From positions 1 to 64,000 of the forward strand of contig PEAD01000011.1 of assembly GCA_002753335.1 (NCBI GenBank): a DNA stretch of 64,000 bases, given 5' to 3'. Positions 50,727 through 64,000 of the stretch are shown piece after piece. A model generated the notes under the pieces. It was not told the origin of the DNA, ran no database searches, and saw only the letters and a program-made list of their open reading frames with translations. Both the position numbers and the translations under genes were made by a program. The stretch's first letter is position 1; every line of letters starts with the position of its first letter. This DNA is from Nitrospirae bacterium MYbin3. Lineage in GTDB: Bacteria; Nitrospirota; Thermodesulfovibrionia; Thermodesulfovibrionales; Dissulfurispiraceae.

Positions 50727-50766
50727 AGTGTCAGTGGGAAGGTGATTTTCACCGCTCACTGACACT
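50727..50766 (+). other. Strong intergenic stem-loop between metK and ahcY
   Basis: AGTGTCAGTG...CACTGACACT with inner GGTGA/TCACC arm. Confidence 0.6.
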
Positions 50767-50784
50767 TTAAATTTTGGAGGATGA

Positions 50785-52044
<1,260 letters not shown>

Positions 52045-52053
52045 AAAAGTATA

Positions 52054-52089
52054 GGCAGGGCACGCACTGTTTTTAGTGCGTGCCCTGCC
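52054..52089. repeat. Perfect 15-bp hairpin after ahcY (terminator or REP-like)
   Basis: GGCAGGGCACGCACT-GTTTTT-AGTGCGTGCCCTGCC. Confidence 0.7.
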
Positions 52090-52097
52090 CCACCAAA

Positions 52098-52712
52098 ATG
52101 CACCCAACAATTTTTGCAGGACTGCAACAGCTTGGAATCGATTCCCCAAATCACGTTATATCTTCTTTTGAAACTTATCTCTCTGAACTCAAAAAATGGA
52201 ACAAGGCCTATAACCTTACAGCCCTCAAAAAAGATGACGAGATTATCACGAAGCATTTTTTAGATTCGCTGCTCTATCTGAAGCTGCTGCCTGAGAGAAA
52301 ATGCTCGGTTGCGGATGTCGGCAGCGGTGCGGGATTTCCGGGTCTTCCCATAGCAATTGTGAAGCCGGATATTGCCGTAACGCTTATAGAGCCTTCGAGA
52401 AAAAAATGCGCCTTTCTCCGCCACATAAAAAGAAGCCTGCAGCTTAACAATATTAAAATTCTTGAATCGAGGGTCGAGGATATAAAAGACATAGTATTTG
52501 ATGCGGCTGTCACGAGGGCGCTCTTCAGCATTAGCGATTTTGTGAAAACAACAAGGCATATCGTCAAAAAAAATGGTATTCTTATACTTAACAAAGGCCC
52601 GAAATTCGATTCCGAGATCAAACAATTGGGGGATTCAATAAAATATGCGATCACCGAAGCAGATCTGCCCTTTAGTACGGCAAAAAGGAATCTGATAAAA
52701 ATTTATTTATGA
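52098..52712 (+). CDS. rsmG: 16S rRNA m7G527 methyltransferase
   Basis: WNKAYNLT, HFLDSL, DVGSGAGFPG, TRA. Confidence 0.93.
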   Translation: MHPTIFAGLQQLGIDSPNHVISSFETYLSELKKWNKAYNLTALKKDDEIITKHFLDSLLYLKLLPERKCSVADVGSGAGFPGLPIAIVKPDIAVTLIEPSRKKCAFLRHIKRSLQLNNIKILESRVEDIKDIVFDAAVTRALFSISDFVKTTRHIVKKNGILILNKGPKFDSEIKQLGDSIKYAITEADLPFSTAKRNLIKIYL

Positions 52713-53248
52713 CCGGACTCGTAATCTGGATAACCGGCCTGCCCGGAAGCGGCAAAAGCACCATTGCAAACGGTATTAAAGACCGCTTCCAGAAATTCGT
52801 AGTGCTCCGAATGGATGAGCTCAGACGAGTTATTACGCCGCAGCCGACCTATTCAGAAACAGAGCGCGAAACTGTTTACAGGGCTATTGTGTATATGGCA
52901 AAAACCCTTTCGGAGCTCGGCCATCCTGTAATCATAGATGCGACCGGCAACCTCAAACGCTGGAGGGAGTTAGCACGCAGGCTTATTCCTCGATACATGG
53001 AGGTTTATCTAAAATGCAGCCTCAAAACCTGCATGGAGCGAGAAGCCTTGCGGATGAACAGTCATGGGGCTCCGAGAGACATTTACAAAAAGGGACTCTT
53101 CGGCCATCCTGTGCCCGGCCTCTCAGCGCCGTACGAGGAACCGGATAACCCCGAAGCCTTGATCGAAATAGACACAATGTCTCAAGGTGCCGCGCTTGCG
53201 GCTGTGATAGATAAGGTTGCGCATAGTTTTAACGAGTCCGTACAATAA
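52709..53248 (+). CDS. Adenylyl-sulfate kinase family protein
   Basis: WITGLPGSGKST, EVYLKC, GLSAPYEEP. Confidence 0.75.
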   Translation: MTGLVIWITGLPGSGKSTIANGIKDRFQKFVVLRMDELRRVITPQPTYSETERETVYRAIVYMAKTLSELGHPVIIDATGNLKRWRELARRLIPRYMEVYLKCSLKTCMEREALRMNSHGAPRDIYKKGLFGHPVPGLSAPYEEPDNPEALIEIDTMSQGAALAAVIDKVAHSFNESVQ

Positions 53249-53285
53249 AAGACCGTTCAATAAAAAATGAGGGTATCGCTTCTTT

Positions 53286-53876
53286 ATGGCCAGATGCTCA
53301 AACTGTAATGCTCCGCTGCCTGACGGATCCATTGTCTGCGCTTATTGTGGCGACCGCAATGATGTGGATCTGAAGGGGATACATTACTATACAACCCACG
53401 AAAGCGACGAATCCCGCACCTGCCCCCGCTGTAATAATACCATCCTGAAAACCATAGATCTAAAGCTAACCGGCAAGTTTTTGATAGAAAGGTGCGAGCA
53501 ATGTTTGGGATTCTTCTTTAATCCCGGAGAACTGGAAGCGCTCCTTGACGCAACAGTCAATAACGTATGGCTTATAGACAATATAGGCCTTGACAGCATC
53601 AATCTGCACCGAAAGCCCGATCCTTATCCTGTTGCCTATATCAAATGCCCTGTCTGTTCCAAATTGATGAACAGGGTAAACTATGGCGCCAAGAGCGGCG
53701 TAATCCTTGATAGCTGTAAAGCCCACGGCGTATGGCTTGACAGCGGTGAGCTGCGCCACCTATTTGAATGGGTTAAGCTTGGCGGCAGGCTCCTTGAAAA
53801 GGAGCGCCAAGAGCAGCGACGCATTGATGAAGAAAAAAAGTTGAATGAATTGAGGAAAGAAATAGAAGAGACGTGA
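53286..53876 (+). CDS. Multi zinc-ribbon (TFIIB-type) protein
   Basis: CSNC...CAYC, CPRC...CEQC-GFFFNPGEL, CPVC...CKAH-GVWLDSGEL. Confidence 0.8.
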   Translation: MARCSNCNAPLPDGSIVCAYCGDRNDVDLKGIHYYTTHESDESRTCPRCNNTILKTIDLKLTGKFLIERCEQCLGFFFNPGELEALLDATVNNVWLIDNIGLDSINLHRKPDPYPVAYIKCPVCSKLMNRVNYGAKSGVILDSCKAHGVWLDSGELRHLFEWVKLGGRLLEKERQEQRRIDEEKKLNELRKEIEET

Positions 53877-53888
53877 CAGCGCTATTCG

Positions 53889-54416
53889 TCACGGTTTCTT
53901 ATCGTTCAAAAACCGTTCTACAGAATCCGACCAGATTTCATATCCTTTGTCGCTAAGATGAACCCCGTCATCGAGCAGGCAGTCGGCGTTGACTGCTCCG
54001 GCAGCATCACAGAAGAGCGGATAAACATCAAGATATGCCGACATAAAGTCTGCGGCTGTATTTTCAAGGCTGGAATTGATTTCACGAATTGCTGCATTGT
54101 CTATCCACGAGAGATTAACCGGCAATATGCTCTGCACGACGATTGCAGATTTTTTGAATGCAGAAAAAAGCCTGTTTATAATCCGCCTATACGTGCCGAG
54201 TATCTCAAAATCTTCCATCGCGATATTATTGATTCCGGTCATAATGAAAATCATATCCGGTTCGTGAACACTCAGCAAAATTCTGTCGAGACGAGACTCA
54301 AGCCCCTCTACCGTTTCGCCTGACACTCCAAGATTCAGAACATTGTAATCAGAAAAGCGACGCTGCCAGTCAAAATATTCGGTGAGAGAATCACCGATAA
54401 AAACAAGCTGTTCCAT
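53889..54416 (-). CDS. SGNH/GDSL hydrolase
   Basis: GDSLT, NLGVSG, GINN, DGVH. Confidence 0.9.
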   Translation of the reverse strand: MEQLVFIGDSLTEYFDWQRRFSDYNVLNLGVSGETVEGLESRLDRILLSVHEPDMIFIMTGINNIAMEDFEILGTYRRIINRLFSAFKKSAIVVQSILPVNLSWIDNAAIREINSSLENTAADFMSAYLDVYPLFCDAAGAVNADCLLDDGVHLSDKGYEIWSDSVERFLNDKKP

Positions 54417-54425
54417 TGCGACAGG

Positions 54426-56809
<2,384 letters not shown>

Positions 56810-56839
56810 AGCTTTTGTTATGATAACATAAAAAGTTAT

Positions 56840-58381
56840 ATGGTCAAAATATTTTCAGACTTTTTAAGTCGTTATGGATTTGCACTCCTTTCGGGCCTGC
56901 TTATTTTCCTATCGTTTCCAACTATCGACCTTTATCTGCTTGCCTGGGTCGGAGCAGTTCCTTTTCTTTATTCCCTATACGGGAAACCGGGAAAAGAGGC
57001 TTTTACTGCAGGTTTTCTATTGGGAGTGGTCTATTTTTTCGGCACCACTTTCTGGATTTACCATTCTATTAACAATTATGGTGGATTCTCATTTGCTTAC
57101 AGCATTTGTGTTGTTTTCCTGCTTTGCGCCTATCTTAGCCTCTATCCTTCTGTTTTTGCATTTTTATATGCAACAACCATAAGAAAAACTGATCTGCCTT
57201 CGATAATTGTAGCACCTGCGCTATGGACAAGTTTAGAGTATCTGCGCTCGTATGCATTTACAGGCTTTCCCTGGTCCAGCATTGGGTATAGCCAATACAA
57301 ATTTCTTCCGTTCATACAAATTTCGGATATTACCGGAGTTTACGGCATCTCTTTTCTTCTTATAGCTTTTAACGCAGGAATTGTTGATCTTCTTCTCTTT
57401 AAAAAGCGCAGAATAGAAAAACCGCTGTATTCGCGTCTGCCTAATGTTTTCGGATTTGTTTTTATCTCCTGTTTTTTAATATTCAGCTTTTCTTATGGCT
57501 TTTACAGGCTTTATGAAAACAGGGCTGGCCAGGAGATTAAAGCTGCTATTATTCAGGGAAATATTGAGCAGGATAGAAAATGGGATTTATCGTACCAGCA
57601 GTTTGTGCTTTCAACATACAAAGAGCTTACACTTCAGGCTGCCGAGCATAAACCGAATCTTATCATTTGGCCCGAAACATCTCTGCCCTTTTTTTTCGGC
57701 GGGGACAAAACCTTGACTGATGATCTTGTTTTTTTCCAGCAGCAACTGGATGCTTATCTGCTCTTCGGAAGCGTTATCGAGAAAAAAGAGCCAAAAGGAA
57801 TAGGCTATACTAATAGCGCTGTCTTGCTTAACAAAACAGGCAGTGTTTCTTATATTTATGACAAAATTCATCTTGTGCCCTTTGGGGAATATGTGCCTTT
57901 AAGAACCTTTTTGTTTTTTATTGACAAGCTTGTGTTCGGAATTGGCGATTACATTCCTGGAACTCATTACCTAAAAGCTATAACGCCTTTTGGATCTTTT
58001 GGTACAGCCATTTGCTATGAGGTTATCTTTCCGGGACTTGTCAGAAAGTTTTTCACTCGCGGTGGTGACTTTATTATTACCATAACCAATGATGCTTGGT
58101 TTGGAAACACCTCCGGACCTTATCAGCATTTCAGCATATCTGTGTTTCGCGCCATCGAAAATAGAAAACCATTATTGCGCGCTGCCAATAGCGGTATTTC
58201 TGGTTTTATCGACAGTAATGGCAAAATTATTAATAAAACACCCCTTTTTGAAAAGACCTTCTCTGTTTTTAGTTTTAAAACCGATCCTAAGCTTTCTTTT
58301 TACACAAAATATGGTGATTTGTTTTCTTATTTTTGCATAGTTTTCAGTCTGCTTTTTATTTCTAAGCGTTTGATAAAATAG
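56840..58381 (+). CDS. lnt: Apolipoprotein N-acyltransferase
   Basis: TM helices, QGNI, WPET, KIHLVPFGEYVP, ICYE, TNDAWFG. Confidence 0.95.
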   Translation: MVKIFSDFLSRYGFALLSGLLIFLSFPTIDLYLLAWVGAVPFLYSLYGKPGKEAFTAGFLLGVVYFFGTTFWIYHSINNYGGFSFAYSICVVFLLCAYLSLYPSVFAFLYATTIRKTDLPSIIVAPALWTSLEYLRSYAFTGFPWSSIGYSQYKFLPFIQISDITGVYGISFLLIAFNAGIVDLLLFKKRRIEKPLYSRLPNVFGFVFISCFLIFSFSYGFYRLYENRAGQEIKAAIIQGNIEQDRKWDLSYQQFVLSTYKELTLQAAEHKPNLIIWPETSLPFFFGGDKTLTDDLVFFQQQLDAYLLFGSVIEKKEPKGIGYTNSAVLLNKTGSVSYIYDKIHLVPFGEYVPLRTFLFFIDKLVFGIGDYIPGTHYLKAITPFGSFGTAICYEVIFPGLVRKFFTRGGDFIITITNDAWFGNTSGPYQHFSISVFRAIENRKPLLRAANSGISGFIDSNGKIINKTPLFEKTFSVFSFKTDPKLSFYTKYGDLFSYFCIVFSLLFISKRLIK

Positions 58382-58400
58382 ATATCTAGGAGGGTTGTAA

Positions 58401-59511
58401 ATGGCCGAAAAAAACTTAAAAGAGTATGTTGCAGAAACAAAACTGACAATACTAGAACTAAGAGGTTATCTTTGATGTCCCTAAACTGAAACAAGAAATA
58501 GAAAAAATAGATGCAGAATTATCTTCAGAACTTGTCTGGTCTGATCTTGATAAAGTAAAAGCTCTTCAGAAGTCTAAATCTGATATAAATGAACTCCTCG
58601 AACCTATAGAAAAAGCTTACGCGAATGTTGTTTATCTTGAAGAATCTGTTGATATTCTGGGTGAAGATGGGGGTGAAATTTTTGTTGATGATTTAAAGGC
58701 TGAAATACTGGCTTTAAAAAAAGATGTTGATCTAATAGAACTTAAACTTTTATTTTCTGGCGAAGTAGATAAAAATAATGCGATAGTTACTATTCATCCT
58801 GGTGCTGGTGGAACAGAGAGCCAGGATTGGGCACAGATGCTTATGCGCATGTATCTGCGTTGGGCAGAAACTCATGGTTTTAAAACAGAAATTCTGGATA
58901 TTCAAGCGGGTGATGAAGCAGGGATAAAAGATGTTACATTTTCTGTTAAAGGTTCCTATGCCTATGGTTATTTAAAAGCTGAAGCAGGTGTTCATAGGCT
59001 GGTAAGGATTTCACCGTTTGACGCCAATAAAAGAAGACATACCTCTTTCTCTGCTGTGCTTGCCTTTCCTGAAATAGAGGACGATATGATTATAGAAATA
59101 AAAGAGGATCAGATAAAAATGGACACTTTCAGGGCTTCCGGTGCGGGTGGTCAGCATGTAAATAAAGTTTCTTCTGCTGTGCGTCTTACTCATTTGCCCA
59201 CAGGAATCATAGTTTCATGTCAGAGTGAACGATCTCAGATACGAAATAGAGAACGGGCTATGAAAATACTCAAATCGAGACTTTATGATATTTCAATGAG
59301 TGAAAGAGAAAAAAAAATAGATACTATTGTTGGAGATAAAAGAGAAATATCGTGGGGAAGTCAAATTAGATCTTATGTACTGCAGCCTTATAGACTGGTA
59401 AAAGATCATAGAACAAACTTAGAGGTTGGAAACGTTGATGCAGTTCTTAATGGAGATATCGATTTATTTATTAAAGTTTATTTAAATAAATTAAAAGGCA
59501 GCGATAGTTGA
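58401..59511 (+). CDS. prfB: Peptide chain release factor 2 (programmed +1 frameshift at 58470-58475)
   Basis: AGAGGT-TAT-CTT-TGA-T slippery site; SPF and GGQ motifs in the +1 frame. Confidence 0.96.
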
Positions 59512-59831
59512 TTATATAAAAAAAGAACATACTACTTCTTTATTTTATAGTTAGTTTAGTAGTAGATAGTAGTGCCTGTTTAATTGTTTAAAGGTATGTT
59601 TTGTTATGTTTTTTCAGTTGGTTATTTATTTTAAAAGTAGGTTGGGATAAAAATTATAAAAACGCAAATTTGTTTAAATAAAAATGCAAACACAATTACC
59701 GACAGTTTATTGCCCTTGTTTTAACGTATAGGATATAATTACGGTGCACTAAAACAGGGAAGTTTTCAACTGGTGTTGGCAATCTATGGATAACTTTAAT
59801 AATTGACAAGAAAAATGACAGTGAGCGTTAG
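59512..59831. other. Probable replication origin oriC
   Basis: AT-rich intergenic region upstream of dnaA; TAG trio repeats at 59548-59573 next to GC and TGTTTAA boxes; TATGGATAA near-consensus DnaA box at about 59785-59793. Confidence 0.8.
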
Positions 59832-61175
59832 ATGACAATAAATGTGAATATAGAAGAAACATGGCTTAAAAGCCTTTCTGCGATAGCTCAAAAAGTCGGA
59901 GAGAATTCTTTTGACCTTTGGTTTAAGCCTATGAAAATGGTCCAGTTTAAAGATAAGAATCTTATTATAGAGATTCCAAACAGATTTTATAGAGAATGGG
60001 TTGATGATAATTACCCGCAATTATTGTCCGAAACTATAGAATCTCTTTTAGGGTATAAAATAACGGTAAAATTTAAGATTTCAGAAAAAGAAGATGCTGC
60101 GATAAAACGTATAGAAAATAAACATGAAAACAGAAGGAAAGAACTTGGGAAAAGAGGAATATACCTTAATCCCAAATATATATTTGAAAATTATGTTGTT
60201 GGAACATCAAACCAATTTGCACATGCCGCAGCTAAACGTGTAGCAGAAAATCCGGGAGGGTCTTATAACCCTTTGTTTATTTATGGAGGTGTCGGCTTAG
60301 GAAAAACCCATCTTATTAATGCCATCGGAAATTTTATTGTTGATAAACAGTCCACTACATCTGTTTGCTATATCTCTGCAGAACAGTTTACCAATGAGGT
60401 TATATCAGCAATGCGGCATGATAGGATGGCGGATTTTAAAAGCAAGTACAGAAACACAGAGGTGCTTTTAATAGATGATATTCAATTTATTGCAGGGAAA
60501 ACCGCAACTCAGGAAGAATTTTTTCATACTTTTAACGCTCTTTATGAAAAACAAAAACAGATAGTAATATCAAGCGATAGGGCCCCTATAGAAATTTCGG
60601 ATATAACCGACAGACTGCGCTCGAGATTTAGCATGGGGCTGATTGCTGATATTCAATCGCCGGATATTGAAACTAAGATGGCAATTATTTATAAAAAAGC
60701 GCTAACAGAAAAGATGAGCATATCTGAAGATGTTGCCCACTTTATTGCATCTAAGATTAAATCAAATATCAGAGATCTTGAAGGCTGTCTTATCAGGCTG
60801 GGTGCACATGCTTCGCTTACAGCTACGACTATAAATCTTGATTTGGCTAAAGCGGTGCTAAAAGATTTAATGCTGGATGACGATAAGCCGGTTACGGTGG
60901 AATTGATACAAAAAATTGTTTGCGAATATTTTGGCATAAAAATTCAGGATATAAAGGCAAAAAAGCGCACCAAGGAAATAGCAAATGCCCGACAGATAGC
61001 TATGTTTTTGGCAAAGCAATACACAGAACATTCTTTAAGTGAAATCGGACGTTTTTTTGGCGGGAAGGATCATGCAACCGTGATCTATGCTTGTAAACAG
61101 GTGGAGGAAAGAATGTTACAGGAAGAAAACTTCAGAAAGAACATCGAAAACTTAAGAAAAAGAATAGTACCGTAG
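59832..61175 (+). CDS. dnaA: Chromosomal replication initiator DnaA
   Basis: YNPLFIYGGVGLGKTHL, LIDDIQF, GGKDHATV. Confidence 0.98.
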   Translation: MTINVNIEETWLKSLSAIAQKVGENSFDLWFKPMKMVQFKDKNLIIEIPNRFYREWVDDNYPQLLSETIESLLGYKITVKFKISEKEDAAIKRIENKHENRRKELGKRGIYLNPKYIFENYVVGTSNQFAHAAAKRVAENPGGSYNPLFIYGGVGLGKTHLINAIGNFIVDKQSTTSVCYISAEQFTNEVISAMRHDRMADFKSKYRNTEVLLIDDIQFIAGKTATQEEFFHTFNALYEKQKQIVISSDRAPIEISDITDRLRSRFSMGLIADIQSPDIETKMAIIYKKALTEKMSISEDVAHFIASKIKSNIRDLEGCLIRLGAHASLTATTINLDLAKAVLKDLMLDDDKPVTVELIQKIVCEYFGIKIQDIKAKKRTKEIANARQIAMFLAKQYTEHSLSEIGRFFGGKDHATVIYACKQVEERMLQEENFRKNIENLRKRIVP

Positions 61176-61183
61176 GAGGAACG

Positions 61184-62287
61184 ATGAAAATAACAGTAGA
61201 AAAAGAAGAACTGCAAAAAAAACTTTCTGACATCCAGAATATTGTGGAAAAGAAAAATACGAGGCCTATACTAAGCCATTTTTTGCTTATAGCAGATAAA
61301 ACAGGCAACTACATTATGGCGACAGACCTTGAAACCGCATTTAAAGAGCCGATAGAGCTTACTGTCATAAATGAAGGCAGGGTCTGTCTTCCTGCAAAAA
61401 AACTGTTCGAGATAGTAAGGGAGCTTGAGGGCACCCTATCGCTTGAATCCACCGACAATCAGTGGTTTAAAGGAAAAGCGGGCAAAAGCAATTTTAGAAT
61501 AGCGTGCCTTTCTCCTGACGAATTCCCTGTATGGCCATCTTTGGAAGGAGCAGAAGGCATCGAGATTTCTTCACAAATGCTGCTTGAAATGATTGATAAA
61601 ACCTTGTACGCAGCCGGAGAATCCGAAACAAGATATGTTCTTAATGGTCTTTTGTTTCATCTGCAAAAAGAAGGACTTTTCACTGTGGTTGGAACCGACG
61701 GCCACAGGCTGGCTATTTCTATGAAGAAGGCCGGCACATCACTTAAAGACGAGATTAAGGTTATTGTTTCAAGAAAGTCGGTTTCGGAACTGCGCAGGTT
61801 TCTCAGCGATGACGATACAAAAACAGTAAAAATAGATATAGGGAAAAACCATATCTTATTCGGCATTGACCGGATACAGTTTTTAACTCGTCTCATAGAC
61901 GGCAACTATCCGAATTATGAGCAGGTGATTCCGGCTTCCAATGAGCACATTGTAAAGGTTGATAGAATTGCTCTAACAAAATCACTTAGAAGGGTTTCTA
62001 CCATGAGCAAGGAGAGAAGCAATGCCGTGAAGGTGGAGATAAATGCCGGCAACACTATCATCTCGGCATCAAATCCGGATATAGGCGAAATAAAGGACGA
62101 ATTTGATGTGGAGTATGCTGGGGAGCAGATGACATTCGCCTTTAATGCCCGGTATATGCTGGATGTTCTTAACGCGATGAATACCGAAAAAGTAATGTTC
62201 AAACTTAATGAAGCACTAAGCCCGGCGCTTATGCTTGAAGAGGGCAAAGAGGATTATAAATGTGTAATTATGCCGATGAGGCTTTGA
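61184..62287 (+). CDS. dnaN: DNA polymerase III beta clamp
   Basis: ATDLE, GTDGHRL, VIMPMRL. Confidence 0.97.
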   Translation: MKITVEKEELQKKLSDIQNIVEKKNTRPILSHFLLIADKTGNYIMATDLETAFKEPIELTVINEGRVCLPAKKLFEIVRELEGTLSLESTDNQWFKGKAGKSNFRIACLSPDEFPVWPSLEGAEGIEISSQMLLEMIDKTLYAAGESETRYVLNGLLFHLQKEGLFTVVGTDGHRLAISMKKAGTSLKDEIKVIVSRKSVSELRRFLSDDDTKTVKIDIGKNHILFGIDRIQFLTRLIDGNYPNYEQVIPASNEHIVKVDRIALTKSLRRVSTMSKERSNAVKVEINAGNTIISASNPDIGEIKDEFDVEYAGEQMTFAFNARYMLDVLNAMNTEKVMFKLNEALSPALMLEEGKEDYKCVIMPMRL

Positions 62288-62298
62288 TTTTTGATTAA

Positions 62299-64000
<1,702 letters not shown>

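Noticed and set aside
49516..50784. SAM or SAH riboswitch at metK/ahcY
   Set aside because: The metK leader is only 23 nt, and the ahcY leader lacks recognisable conserved motifs.

Overview
Chromosomal core region of an apparently anaerobic Gram-negative bacterium; gene order and protein style suggest Nitrospirota/Thermodesulfovibrionia (inference). It ends at the replication origin (prfB-oriC-dnaA-dnaN-gyrB). The first ~5 kb is accessory: a complete group II intron (360-2305, minus, RT without endonuclease domain), two attC-like sites delimiting integron-type cassettes with no integrase in the window, a HigBA-type toxin-antitoxin pair and palindromic MITE-like relics. The rest is housekeeping: lipA, hom, dnaE, a frameshifted accA, ftsY, nnr, rlmN, nadD, proA, def-fmt, gltA, tRNA-Leu(GAG), a full rnfCDGEAB operon, a lipid A cluster with gnnA/gnnB-like genes, leuDB-asd-metK-ahcY, pyrG-kdsB and lnt. 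The main signals missed by the ORF track are a 56-aa dual-CxxC probable selenoprotein (in-frame TGA plus downstream hairpin) followed by an NYN nuclease gene with an apparent ATC start just upstream of rnf, a heptamer tandem repeat inside fmt, DnaA-trios with non-canonical DnaA boxes at oriC, and several probably leaderless genes. No CRISPR array or rRNA was seen.
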